Shown in pieces: positions 1 to 9,756 of a DNA stretch of 64,000 nt. Numbering within the stretch: the first letter of the stretch is position 1; each line of letters begins with the position of its first letter. A program made the translations under genes and the position numbers. The notes under the pieces are model-generated. The model had not been told where the DNA came from. It worked only from the letters and a program-made list of their open reading frames with translations, and made no database searches. The DNA comes from Nostoc sp. DedSLP01 (lineage in GTDB: Bacteria; Cyanobacteriota; Cyanobacteriia; Cyanobacteriales; Nostocaceae), in NCBI GenBank assembly GCA_034530875.2, contig JAVRCJ020000018.1, positions 32,001 to 96,000 of the forward strand, given 5' to 3'.

Positions 1-215
1 TGAAGCGATCGCTTCAAACAGGTAAGCCAGTGATTGCAACCTACATTGTTGATTCACTTAGTTACTATGAAGGGTCTGCTCGCCTTTAAATAAGTTTGCA
101 GACATCCGCAAAAAAATGAAGTTTTGGGGCGCATATAACCACCGGAAAAATAATTATGTCTAATTATTGGCGCTCCATACTCATCAGTTCTATAACAATT
201 ACAGGAGATATAAAA

Positions 216-590
216 GTGACAGTTTCAACAATTTCACCCGGACGGCAATTCTTTGACAAACATCTAGAAACTATTGCTGCCGGAAAAATCGATGAAATGG
301 TGGATAGAGATTATGCAGAAGATGCTGTATTAATCACCTTTTTCAATGGCTTTGAAAATACACCTGCACCAATCACAATTACAGGGCGTGAAAATATCAA
401 GACATTCTTTCACGATTACCTGAGAACGATTGAATACATTGATATTAAATCTCTGGACTTTACAGAAGCAGAAAACGCTATTTTTTTCCAAGCAAAATTT
501 AACTGTAAACTTGGTCTAGTATCAGTTGGAGATGCCTGGACTATTCGTAACGGACAGATTGCTTATCACTTTGGTTTTTGGGCTTCTTAA
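216..590 (+). CDS. SnoaL-like/NTF2-family protein
   Basis: ORF 156..590; GTG at 216 follows AGGAG. Motifs YAEDAVL, GRENIKTFF and IRNGQIAYH fit the SnoaL/NTF2 fold. Confidence 0.75.
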   Translation: MTVSTISPGRQFFDKHLETIAAGKIDEMVDRDYAEDAVLITFFNGFENTPAPITITGRENIKTFFHDYLRTIEYIDIKSLDFTEAENAIFFQAKFNCKLGLVSVGDAWTIRNGQIAYHFGFWAS

Positions 591-692
591 AATAGTATAA
601 ATTTTAGGCGATGGCGGTTGTTTTTAGTTAAAAACTAGTGCCGACTAAAAATGAACTTCATTCCTATCCTTGCCCTAACCTCTTTCAGTCTT

Positions 693-774
693 ATACCAAT
701 TCTCTAAAATTCGGCAACAGATTCAAACTTTGAAACCTAGATACAATCTGAATTTCTTAATTGCGAATTGGTAT
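693..774. mobile_element. Short MITE-like element with ATACCAATTC...GAATTGGTAT inverted ends
   Basis: 10-bp terminal inverted repeats; related to the elements at 21361 and 50002. Confidence 0.55.
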
Positions 775-798
775 TAATCCCCTACATATAGGACTACC

Positions 799-1620
799 AT
801 GAGTACACCAATAGAAAAATTGCTTGTTTCTCCCATCAGCCAGCTCTATAAAGAACATATCGGTTTTATCAAAGCTAAAAATGTTGATGGTTTGTTAAAT
901 CAGTATGCTGATGATGCTCTGCTCATTAGCACTTTAACTGAAGATCGCCAACCGCTTTACGTACAAGGCCGTCAAGCACTAAAAGAGTTTTTTGAAGGCC
1001 GGATTTTTGGTTTAGAAGATTTTGAAATCAGGCTTAATCAATGGGCTGAAACCGAAAACACGCTGATGATGGTCGAGGAGTTAACAACTACAAGTAAGAC
1101 CGGTGAAGCCGGTAGTGTTGAGTTTTACGATAACTGGTTTTTGCAAGATGGAAAAATTGCTATCCACTTTGCTGGTGTAATTCAGTATCCAGATAAAACT
1201 TATGTAAATGCAGGGACAATTACAACAGAAGTACCTGCATCACCATTGGGCAAGTTGTATAAAGAGCATATCGGTTTTATTAAAGCGAAGAATGTTGATG
1301 GTTTACTCAACCAATATGCTGAAGATGTCTTGCTTATTAGCACCTTAACTGAAAATCGCAAACCGATTTACGTGCGCGGTCGCCAAGCACTCAAACAGTT
1401 CTTTGAAAGCCGTATCTTCAGTTTAGAAGATTTTGAGGTCAAGCTTCACCAGTGGGCTGAAACTGAGAACGCGCTGATGATAGTTGAAAACTTGAAAACC
1501 AGAAGTGTCAATGGCGATGTTGGCGAGGTGAGTTTCTATGATAACTGGGTGTTGCGCGATCGCAAAATAGCCGTTCACTTTGCTGGTGTAGTTCAGTACC
1601 CTGATGGAACCTACGCATAA
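799..1620 (+). CDS. Tandem double SnoaL/NTF2-like domain protein
   Basis: Two ~137-aa repeats (LYKEHIGFIKAKNVDGLLNQYA.D...FYDNW.L.D.KIA.HFAGV.QYPD). Confidence 0.75.
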   Translation: MSTPIEKLLVSPISQLYKEHIGFIKAKNVDGLLNQYADDALLISTLTEDRQPLYVQGRQALKEFFEGRIFGLEDFEIRLNQWAETENTLMMVEELTTTSKTGEAGSVEFYDNWFLQDGKIAIHFAGVIQYPDKTYVNAGTITTEVPASPLGKLYKEHIGFIKAKNVDGLLNQYAEDVLLISTLTENRKPIYVRGRQALKQFFESRIFSLEDFEVKLHQWAETENALMIVENLKTRSVNGDVGEVSFYDNWVLRDRKIAVHFAGVVQYPDGTYA

Positions 1621-1657
1621 TTAAGTTTACTTTGTTATATCAGTAAGGACTGAAGTA

Positions 1658-2095
1658 ATGGCTTTGCTAAAAGTTTCCCAAATGGCAATTAGTTGCAAAG
1701 ATCCGATCGCAACTGAAAAGTTCTACACAAAATATTTCGGCTTTAAGCGAGCAAGGGTTGCACCAGTTGGCAATAACGAGCAGATTGTCTTTCTGAAATT
1801 GGGTGATATGTACCTTGAACTCTTCCAGGCAAAAGGAGAAACCCCCGTCCCTTTAGCCACTCAAGACGGACCTACCTATCCAGCTTGGCGGCATTTTGGT
1901 TTTCAGGTTGATGATGTTGATGCTAAGCTGGCTGAAATCGGCAAAGATGCAAAAGTGACCCTTGGGCCGCTCAACTTTGATAGTTTTATTCCTGGGTGGC
2001 GCACGGTTTGGGTATCCGATCCAGATGGCAATATCGTTGAAATTAGCCAGGGATACGTCGATCAGGAGAATCCACCACAATTGTCAGCAAATTGA
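1658..2095 (+). CDS. VOC/glyoxalase-family protein
   Basis: FYTKYFGF, YLELF, HFGFQVDDVD, DPDGNIVE motifs. Confidence 0.9.
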   Translation: MALLKVSQMAISCKDPIATEKFYTKYFGFKRARVAPVGNNEQIVFLKLGDMYLELFQAKGETPVPLATQDGPTYPAWRHFGFQVDDVDAKLAEIGKDAKVTLGPLNFDSFIPGWRTVWVSDPDGNIVEISQGYVDQENPPQLSAN

Positions 2096-2237
2096 GGGTA
2101 ATTGCAACTGAGCTATATACAGCATTCCTCAATCGCAGATGAACAAGTTCAAAATTGCGATCGATTAACTAAATTTTGTTCAAAACTTAAATGAATTGCT
2201 GTATATAGCTTAATTATTGATTGGCACACAGAAACTC

Positions 2238-3080
2238 ATGAATACTTTCACAAATTGGAAAACCCTTAATTGGCCTGAATATGGTGCAGAATTGCTGGGA
2301 ACTGCTTTCAATATCTTGGTTGGATTCAGTATAATTACCTTCAATTTTGGTAAAGGCTTGCCTATGGAGCATCTCATCCCAGCAGTGAGTCCTCGTTTAT
2401 TAATTAATGGTCTCATTTTCGCTGGAAGTGGTGCATTATTTAGCATTTCACCTTTAGGAAAACTGAGTGGTTCGCACCTTAACCCTTGTTTATCATTGGC
2501 ATTCTTTTTGCAAGGTAAAATGCATAAACAGGACTTGATTGGATATATTTTCAGTCAATTTATTGGCGCAATTATTGGCACATCTTTAGCATTAGCTTTG
2601 TGGGGTAAATACTTGATAAGTGTCAATTATTGCATCACTTTACCTGGGATAGGCTATCCGTTATGGTATGTATTTCTAGCTGAAGTTTTCATGACATTTC
2701 TGTTAGTGCTGTCCATTTTTATCTTCTTGAGTCATCATCAGCTATTGCGGTGGACACCCCTAATGGTATGGGTTCTGGTGGCAACTATGGTTTGGTTAGG
2801 AGCGCCAATTTCTGGTACTAGTTTGAATACAGCACGCAGTATGGGCCCTGCTTTCGTAGCATGGTCTTGGCAAAACCAATGGCTTTATTGTATTGCATCT
2901 CCACTTGGTGCATTAACTGCTGTAGGAGTTTTTCAACTGATAGCTATGGGCGAACGCGAAGTTTTAACAGGGAAACTTTTTCATGTTCCCAATTATCGTT
3001 GCATTTTTAAAAATGTTAAAGTGCCACATTTACCAAAGCATCAGCAAAATTCAAGAATAATTCACAGTTCTGACTCCTGA
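2238..3080 (+). CDS. MIP/aquaporin-family channel with variant NPA motifs
   Basis: Hydrophobic helices; SGSHLNPCLS and SGTSLNTARSMGP at the two NPA positions. ATG at 2238 within ORF 2217..3080. Confidence 0.88.
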   Translation: MNTFTNWKTLNWPEYGAELLGTAFNILVGFSIITFNFGKGLPMEHLIPAVSPRLLINGLIFAGSGALFSISPLGKLSGSHLNPCLSLAFFLQGKMHKQDLIGYIFSQFIGAIIGTSLALALWGKYLISVNYCITLPGIGYPLWYVFLAEVFMTFLLVLSIFIFLSHHQLLRWTPLMVWVLVATMVWLGAPISGTSLNTARSMGPAFVAWSWQNQWLYCIASPLGALTAVGVFQLIAMGEREVLTGKLFHVPNYRCIFKNVKVPHLPKHQQNSRIIHSSDS

Positions 3081-3343
3081 ATGGTGAATAAAAATGAACA
3101 GGTAATCTACCCTTACACCCCATCAGTAAAGACGCGATTAATCGCGTCTCTACTTTCTTTTTCCAGCTAGACTCACCAGTATATTGAAAGCCACTACATC
3201 TGCTCGTATTCGACACGATTTAGTGTGATGTTTCACCGGATATTAGACCTTTTGCATAAATATTTCTTGTATCGCGCAGAGGCGCAGAGACGCAGAAAAG
3301 AGAAGACCTGAAAACATTAAAATTCTCTATAAGGAGAAAACCA

Positions 3344-4117
3344 ATGAAGAAACTAGAAGGTAAGGTAGCTTTAGTAACTGGTAGTAGTGGAGGAATTGGC
3401 CAAGCTATTGCCGTACATCTTGCCGAACAAGGTGCAGATGTTGTGATTGATTACCGCTCTCATCCTGAAGGCGCCGAAGAAACTCTGTCGAAAGTAGAAG
3501 CTGCTGGCAGTAAAGGTTTAACTGTTAAAGCTGATTTGAGTTTAATTAGCGACATCCGTAAACTTATAGACGAAGGTATTCAATACTTTGGCAAGTTAGA
3601 CATTCTAGTGAACAACGCTGGAATCGACGGTCGGAATGCTGATTTCTGGAACATTACCGAAGCCGACTATGATGCAGTGATTAATCTCAACCTCAAAGGG
3701 ACATTTTTCGCAACTCAAGCAATAGTGCAGCATTTCATCGAAACCAAGCGAACTGGCAAAATCATCAATATTAGCTCTACCCATGAGGAAATAGCATTCC
3801 CACATTTCACTGCCTATTGTGCCAGCAAGGGCGGTGTAAAAATGATGATGCGTAATTTAGCAGTTGAGCTTGGGCCTTTGGGAATTACAATTAACAACGT
3901 GGCTCCTGGAGCAATCGAAACACCAATTAATACTAAGCTGTTAAACGATCCAGAAAAATTAGCAGCCTTGTTAAAAAATATTCCCTTGGGTCGTTTAGGC
4001 AAGCCAGAGGATATCGCACCTATAGTTGCTTTCTTAGCTTCAGCTGATGCTGACTACATCACAGGCGCAACCTTCTATGTAGATGGAGGATTGAGCCGAA
4101 ACTATCACGAGCAATAG
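3344..4117 (+). CDS. Glucose 1-dehydrogenase-like SDR oxidoreductase
   Basis: TGSSGGIG, NNAG, YCASKGG, PGAIETPIN; AAGGAG RBS. Confidence 0.85.
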   Translation: MKKLEGKVALVTGSSGGIGQAIAVHLAEQGADVVIDYRSHPEGAEETLSKVEAAGSKGLTVKADLSLISDIRKLIDEGIQYFGKLDILVNNAGIDGRNADFWNITEADYDAVINLNLKGTFFATQAIVQHFIETKRTGKIINISSTHEEIAFPHFTAYCASKGGVKMMMRNLAVELGPLGITINNVAPGAIETPINTKLLNDPEKLAALLKNIPLGRLGKPEDIAPIVAFLASADADYITGATFYVDGGLSRNYHEQ

Positions 4118-4368
4118 GTACTATCACTAGAGAAGCGGCTTACCATTCGCGTAGCGTCTCATCAAGAAGAGAACGCTACCACCAAGACGGCTTTCCTTCA
4201 GACACGCGAACGCGAAACGTCTCGTTCGCGTCTTTGAAGGAGAAGAACGCCAACGATTCCTAGAGCGTGTAAGTTTTGCATTAATCTAAAATCGGCATAG
4301 ATAGTGTTCTTTGAGCCACTTAAATCAGCCTTGTGCTAAAGACTTTTAATCCAAAATCCTAAATTGCT

Positions 4369-7029
4369 ATGACCCAAGAAGAAGCAAGATTGGCAGCAGA
4401 CCGCGATCGCACAGCCTACTGGAAACGATGGGGTTCCTATCTGAGCGAACGGCAGTGGGGAACGGTGCGGGAAGACTATAGCCCTAATGGTACCGCCTGG
4501 GAATTCTTTCCCCACGACCATGCCCGCTCCCGTGCTTATCGCTGGGGAGAAGATGGGATTGCAGGAATTTCTGATAATCATCAGCGACTATGTTTTGCGA
4601 TCGCTCTCTGGAATGGTGAAGATGCAATCCTCAAAGAGAGACTTTTCGGCCTCACAGGGAATGAGGGGAATCACGGTGAAGATGTTAAAGAATACTACTT
4701 CTACCTGGATAACACCCCGACTCATTCCTACATGAAATATCTTTATAAATATCCCCAAGCTGCTTTCCCATACAGCCAGCTGGTAGAGGAAAATCACCGC
4801 AGAGGTCGCCAAAGTCCAGAGTTTGAATTAATCGACACAGGTATATTTGACCGAGACCGCTATTTTGATGTCTTCGTTGAGTATGCTAAGGCTTCACCCG
4901 ACGACATTTTAATTGAAATCAGTGCCATCAACCGAGGCCCCGAAGCAAAAACGCTGCATTTGCTACCAACGCTTTGGTTTCGCAACACCTGGTCTTGGAC
5001 TGGCGATCGAGAAGAAAAACCCTGGTTAAAAATTAGCCAATCCAACTCTGACCTCAGCACCATCGAAGCTTATCACCCTTCTTTAGAAACCCGATGGTTG
5101 TATTGTAATGAAACTCCAGAACTACTATTTACAGAAAATGAGACTAATAATCAAAGATTGTTTGGGGTCAGCAATGCTTCGCCATACGTTAAAGATGGAA
5201 TCAATAATTATGTAGTCAATGGGCAAAAAACGGCTGTCAATCCCAATCGCATTGGTACTAAGTTTGCAGCTAATTACAAATTGCACATCGGTGCAGGCGA
5301 AACTAAGACAATACGATTGCGGTTAAGTGACGTACAAAATTTAATTGCACCATTCGGGGCTGAATTTGACACAGTTTGGCAAGAACGCCAGCGCGAGGCA
5401 GATGAATTTTATCAGCGAATTTGTCCGTTTTCGTTGTTAGAGGATAGGCGTAATGTGCAGCGGCAAGCATTTGCTGGGATGTTATGGAGCAAACAATTTT
5501 ACTACTACGTAGCTGAACAATGGCTAAAAGGCGATCCGACTGGCCCGCAGCCGCCAACATCTCGGCTCAATGGCAGAAACCATGAATGGTTTCATTTATT
5601 TAACGACGATGTGCTTTCTATGCCCGATAAATGGGAATATCCTTGGTTTGCGGCTTGGGATTTAGCTTTTCATGTAATTCCTTTGGCCATGATTGACCCG
5701 GATTTTGCCAAGCTGCAACTGAGCCGCTTGACACGGGAATGGTATATGCATCCTAACGGTCAACTACCAGCTTATGAATGGGCTTTTGGTGATGTAAATC
5801 CGCCGGTTCATGCTTGGGCAGCATGGCAAGTTTATCAGATTGAGCAAAAAATCTATGGTCGTGCGGATAAAAAATTTCTGGAGAGTGTTTTTCAGAAATT
5901 ACTGGTGAACTTTACTTGGTGGGTTAACCGGAAAGATTTTGAGGGCAAAAATATCTTTCAGGGTGGCTTTCTGGGTATGGATAATATTGGTGTCTTCGAT
6001 CGCAGCGTTCAATTACCAACTGGCGGGTATTTGCAACAAGCAGATGGCACAAGTTGGATGGCGATGTATTCTCTGAATATGCTAACTATCGCCCTAGAGT
6101 TAGCGAAAGAAAATTCTACCTACGAAGATATCGCCAGCAAGTTTTTCGAGCATTTTTTATACATTGCTGATGCCATGAACGGCGTTGGCGATGCCGAAAT
6201 AGCGTTATGGGATGAAATTGATGGCTTTTACTACGATGCTCTACATTTACCTGATAATCATCAATTCCCGATGAAAGTGCGATCGCTTGTGGGGCTAATT
6301 CCATTATGTGCAGTCAGCATTTTAGAATCACAAACCTTAGAACAACTCCCAGGCTTTAAGCAACGCACGCAATGGTTTCTCAAAAATCGCCCTGACTTAA
6401 CCCGAAATATTGCTTGTATGCAGAAACAAGGAATTGGCGAGCGTCGGCTGTTAGCCATCGCTTATCCAGATAAACTCCGTCGCATCCTAGAAAAAATGTT
6501 AGATGCAACAGAATTTTTCGGCCCTTATGGTATTCGCTCTGTTTCTAAAGTTCATGCCGACCATCCTTACGTTTTGACCGTAGATGGTCGGCAGTATCGA
6601 GTAGATTACGAACCTGCTGAGTCTAGCACAGGAATGTTTGGTGGTAATTCCAACTGGCGGGGCCCGATTTGGTTTCCCATTAATTATTTACTACTAGAAT
6701 CGCTACAAAAGTTCTATCGCTACTTCGGCGACGATTTCAAAGTTGAGTGTCCCACTGGTTCAGGTCAAATGATGACACTTAAGGAAGTATCAATTGAATT
6801 AGCTCAAAGGCTGATCCAAATTTTCCTAACAGATGAGTCTGGTAGACGACCTTTTTATGGTGGAACAGAGAAATTCCAAACTGACCCGAATTGGCGCGAC
6901 CTAATTCTATTCAATGAATACTTTCATGGAGATAATGGTGCTGGTATTGGTGCTAGCCATCAAACTGGTTGGACAGGTTTAATCGCCAAATTAATCCAGC
7001 AATGTGCAGAACAAGTGTTATCAGATTAA
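4369..7029 (+). CDS. GH63/MGH1-like glycoside hydrolase (glucosidase)
   Basis: [46 protein letters not shown] motifs. Confidence 0.88.
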   Translation: MTQEEARLAADRDRTAYWKRWGSYLSERQWGTVREDYSPNGTAWEFFPHDHARSRAYRWGEDGIAGISDNHQRLCFAIALWNGEDAILKERLFGLTGNEGNHGEDVKEYYFYLDNTPTHSYMKYLYKYPQAAFPYSQLVEENHRRGRQSPEFELIDTGIFDRDRYFDVFVEYAKASPDDILIEISAINRGPEAKTLHLLPTLWFRNTWSWTGDREEKPWLKISQSNSDLSTIEAYHPSLETRWLYCNETPELLFTENETNNQRLFGVSNASPYVKDGINNYVVNGQKTAVNPNRIGTKFAANYKLHIGAGETKTIRLRLSDVQNLIAPFGAEFDTVWQERQREADEFYQRICPFSLLEDRRNVQRQAFAGMLWSKQFYYYVAEQWLKGDPTGPQPPTSRLNGRNHEWFHLFNDDVLSMPDKWEYPWFAAWDLAFHVIPLAMIDPDFAKLQLSRLTREWYMHPNGQLPAYEWAFGDVNPPVHAWAAWQVYQIEQKIYGRADKKFLESVFQKLLVNFTWWVNRKDFEGKNIFQGGFLGMDNIGVFDRSVQLPTGGYLQQADGTSWMAMYSLNMLTIALELAKENSTYEDIASKFFEHFLYIADAMNGVGDAEIALWDEIDGFYYDALHLPDNHQFPMKVRSLVGLIPLCAVSILESQTLEQLPGFKQRTQWFLKNRPDLTRNIACMQKQGIGERRLLAIAYPDKLRRILEKMLDATEFFGPYGIRSVSKVHADHPYVLTVDGRQYRVDYEPAESSTGMFGGNSNWRGPIWFPINYLLLESLQKFYRYFGDDFKVECPTGSGQMMTLKEVSIELAQRLIQIFLTDESGRRPFYGGTEKFQTDPNWRDLILFNEYFHGDNGAGIGASHQTGWTGLIAKLIQQCAEQVLSD

Positions 7030-7590
7030 TTTCCCAATTTTGATAAATTACTAATTTTCATGAACACTGGATGCGTTAGCTCAGGCTAACGCATCCTAAA
7101 GTTTGTATATCTCAAGGTGAGTTCGCTTAATTACTTATAAATCCAGAAACATCCCACCTGCCTTACCAAAGGGAAGGTTGGAGAGGGGTAAGCGAGGACT
7201 TTAATTATAACTAATCATCCAAACTTGATATTATATAATTCTTGCCAATATTCTTATATACTTCTTATCAAAAAAAATACAAACTTTCCCCAAAACTTAA
7301 ACCCTTGCAACTATAGTTAAATAACTACTAAAATTATTTTATCTAAACTACTTAACAGGCAATTAAATTACCTAAATAAGTAGAATTTACTTTATTTACA
7401 AAGCTTTGACTCAATAATTACTGAATAGATGTATGAGTAGGTTTTACCAAGAGTAAGCCTTATCCAGGGCAAGATTGTAGTCAAAAATTAAGGGGTAATT
7501 TAACACGAATTTAGTTATTAATAACTTTTTGATAGCTAGAAATGTGCAAAATAACCTGCTAATTAAATGCCATAAGGACAGAGAGAAAGA

Positions 7591-9756
7591 ATGACTTTAA
7601 CTAGAGATATATATCAGGTTGAACTAAAAACACCTGATTACCAATTAGAACCGGGATGTTCGCATCCTTTCGGTGCAGTGCCAGACAAAGATGGAGTAAA
7701 CTTTTCTATCTTTTCAGAACATGCGACTTCTGTCGAACTCTTGTTGTTCGATCGCGATGATGCTCCCCAGCCAACACAAATTATTCAATTAAACCCAAAG
7801 TTCAATAAAACTTTCCACTTTTGGCATGTCTACGTCAAAGGTTTAAAACCGGGGGCTCACTATGCTTATCGAGTTAACGGTAATCCCGATCTCCACGGAG
7901 GAGGACACCGCTTTAATAAAAATAAGGTACTGCTTGACCCTTATGCTAGAGGAAACACCAACGCTCTTTGGCAACGCAATGATGCTTTAGGGTCAAAAGA
8001 TAACGTGGCTACATCTATGCGTAGTGTAGTTATTGATATATCTGATTATGACTGGGAAGGCGATCGCCCGCTTAACCGTTCGATGAGTGACACCGTTATC
8101 TATGAGGTACACGTTGGCGGATTCACCAGGTCGCCTTCTTCAGGTTGCAAATACCCCGGCACTTTTTCTGGAATTATCGAGAAAATTCCTTACCTGAAAG
8201 AGTTAGGAATCACAGCAGTTGAACTGCTGCCGATATTTGACTTTGACGAAAGGAACATTCTCCGAGAAGTCAACGGTAAGGAACTAAAAGACTACTGGGG
8301 ATACAACCCCCACAGTTACTTTGCTCCAGAAGCTTCATATTGTGCTTTTCCTGATGTTGGAAATCATATTAGAGAATTTCGAGATCTGGTCAAGGCCTTA
8401 CACAAAGAAGGAATTGAAGTCATTCTGGATGTTGTCTTTAACCATACCGACGAAGGCAACCATGAAGGGCCAACCATCAGCTTCAAAGGGCTTTTTAACG
8501 ATATCTTTTATCACCTAGTACATTGGGATAAGCAGTACTACATGGACTACTCCGGGTGTGGTAATACCGTTAACTGCAACCACCCGATAGTAGAAAAATT
8601 AATTGTAGATTGCCTAGAATTTTGGGTCAAAGAGATGCATGTCGATGGTTTCCGTTTTGATGAAGCCTCGATTTTATCTCGCAGCCAAGATGGAGTACCA
8701 ATGAGCCATCCACCGGTAATTTGGCACATTGAAACATCCGAAACGCTAGCTGACACCAAAATCATTGCTGAGGCTTGGGATGCCGGCGGGCTTTATCAAA
8801 TTGGCGATTTCCCTGGATATCGTTGGGCAGAATGGAACGGACGTTTTCGAGACGATATCCGACGCTTTGTCAAAGGAGATCCAGGAATGGTGGGGGCAGT
8901 CGCTTGGCGTATTGCTGGAAGTTCTGACCTTTACCAATCGAGCAGACACTTACCGATTAACAGCATCAACTTCATTACCTGTCATGATGGATTTACCCTC
9001 AATGATTTAGTTTCGTACAACCACAAGCACAATGAAGCTAATGGTGAAAATAATCGTGATGGCATCAATGATAATTTGAGCTGGAATTGTGGTTTTGAAG
9101 GAGAGACTGATAACCCAGAAGTTGATGGATTGCGCCAACGACAGATTAAGAATTTTGCGGCAATTCTCATGCTGTCTCAAGGTGTACCCATGCTTGTGGC
9201 TGGGGATGAAGTCAGACGTACCCAAAAGGGTAACAACAACGCCTACTGCCAAGATAACGAAATTAGTTGGTTCGATTGGAATCTGGCTCAGAAGAATGCT
9301 GATATTTTCAGGTTCTTCAAACAAATGATTAATTTCCGCAAGTGCTACTGCCATTCTGCGTTACGCCGGAGTAACTTTTTCACTGGTGAAGTTAACGAGC
9401 GTGGTTTTGCAGATATTGCTTGGCATGGCTGCAAGTTATTCAAACCAGGTTGGCACGATTCTCATGCCAGAGTTCTTGCATATACTCTCGGAGGGTTTGA
9501 AGGAGAAGCAGATATTCATGTCATGCTCAACATGTACTGGGAAGATCTCGACTTTGAAATTCCTCCTATTAAAGGTAGAAAATGGTTCAGAGTCATAGAT
9601 ACTGCTCTTGCTTCTCCAATGGATATTGTGGAACCAGGTGAAGAAACTGTAGTTTCAGGTAATGTCTATTCTGTCAAAGAGCGTAGCGTTGTTGTTTTAG
9701 CTTCCAAATGGTTTCCAGTTAATGAATTTCCAACTAGGAGTAAATTCGATGAGTAA
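7591..9756 (+). CDS. glgX: Glycogen debranching enzyme/isoamylase (GH13)
   Basis: GVNFSIFS, DYWGYNP, DVVFNH, DGFRFD, IAEAWD, TCHDGFTL motifs. Confidence 0.93.
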   Translation: MTLTRDIYQVELKTPDYQLEPGCSHPFGAVPDKDGVNFSIFSEHATSVELLLFDRDDAPQPTQIIQLNPKFNKTFHFWHVYVKGLKPGAHYAYRVNGNPDLHGGGHRFNKNKVLLDPYARGNTNALWQRNDALGSKDNVATSMRSVVIDISDYDWEGDRPLNRSMSDTVIYEVHVGGFTRSPSSGCKYPGTFSGIIEKIPYLKELGITAVELLPIFDFDERNILREVNGKELKDYWGYNPHSYFAPEASYCAFPDVGNHIREFRDLVKALHKEGIEVILDVVFNHTDEGNHEGPTISFKGLFNDIFYHLVHWDKQYYMDYSGCGNTVNCNHPIVEKLIVDCLEFWVKEMHVDGFRFDEASILSRSQDGVPMSHPPVIWHIETSETLADTKIIAEAWDAGGLYQIGDFPGYRWAEWNGRFRDDIRRFVKGDPGMVGAVAWRIAGSSDLYQSSRHLPINSINFITCHDGFTLNDLVSYNHKHNEANGENNRDGINDNLSWNCGFEGETDNPEVDGLRQRQIKNFAAILMLSQGVPMLVAGDEVRRTQKGNNNAYCQDNEISWFDWNLAQKNADIFRFFKQMINFRKCYCHSALRRSNFFTGEVNERGFADIAWHGCKLFKPGWHDSHARVLAYTLGGFEGEADIHVMLNMYWEDLDFEIPPIKGRKWFRVIDTALASPMDIVEPGEETVVSGNVYSVKERSVVVLASKWFPVNEFPTRSKFDE

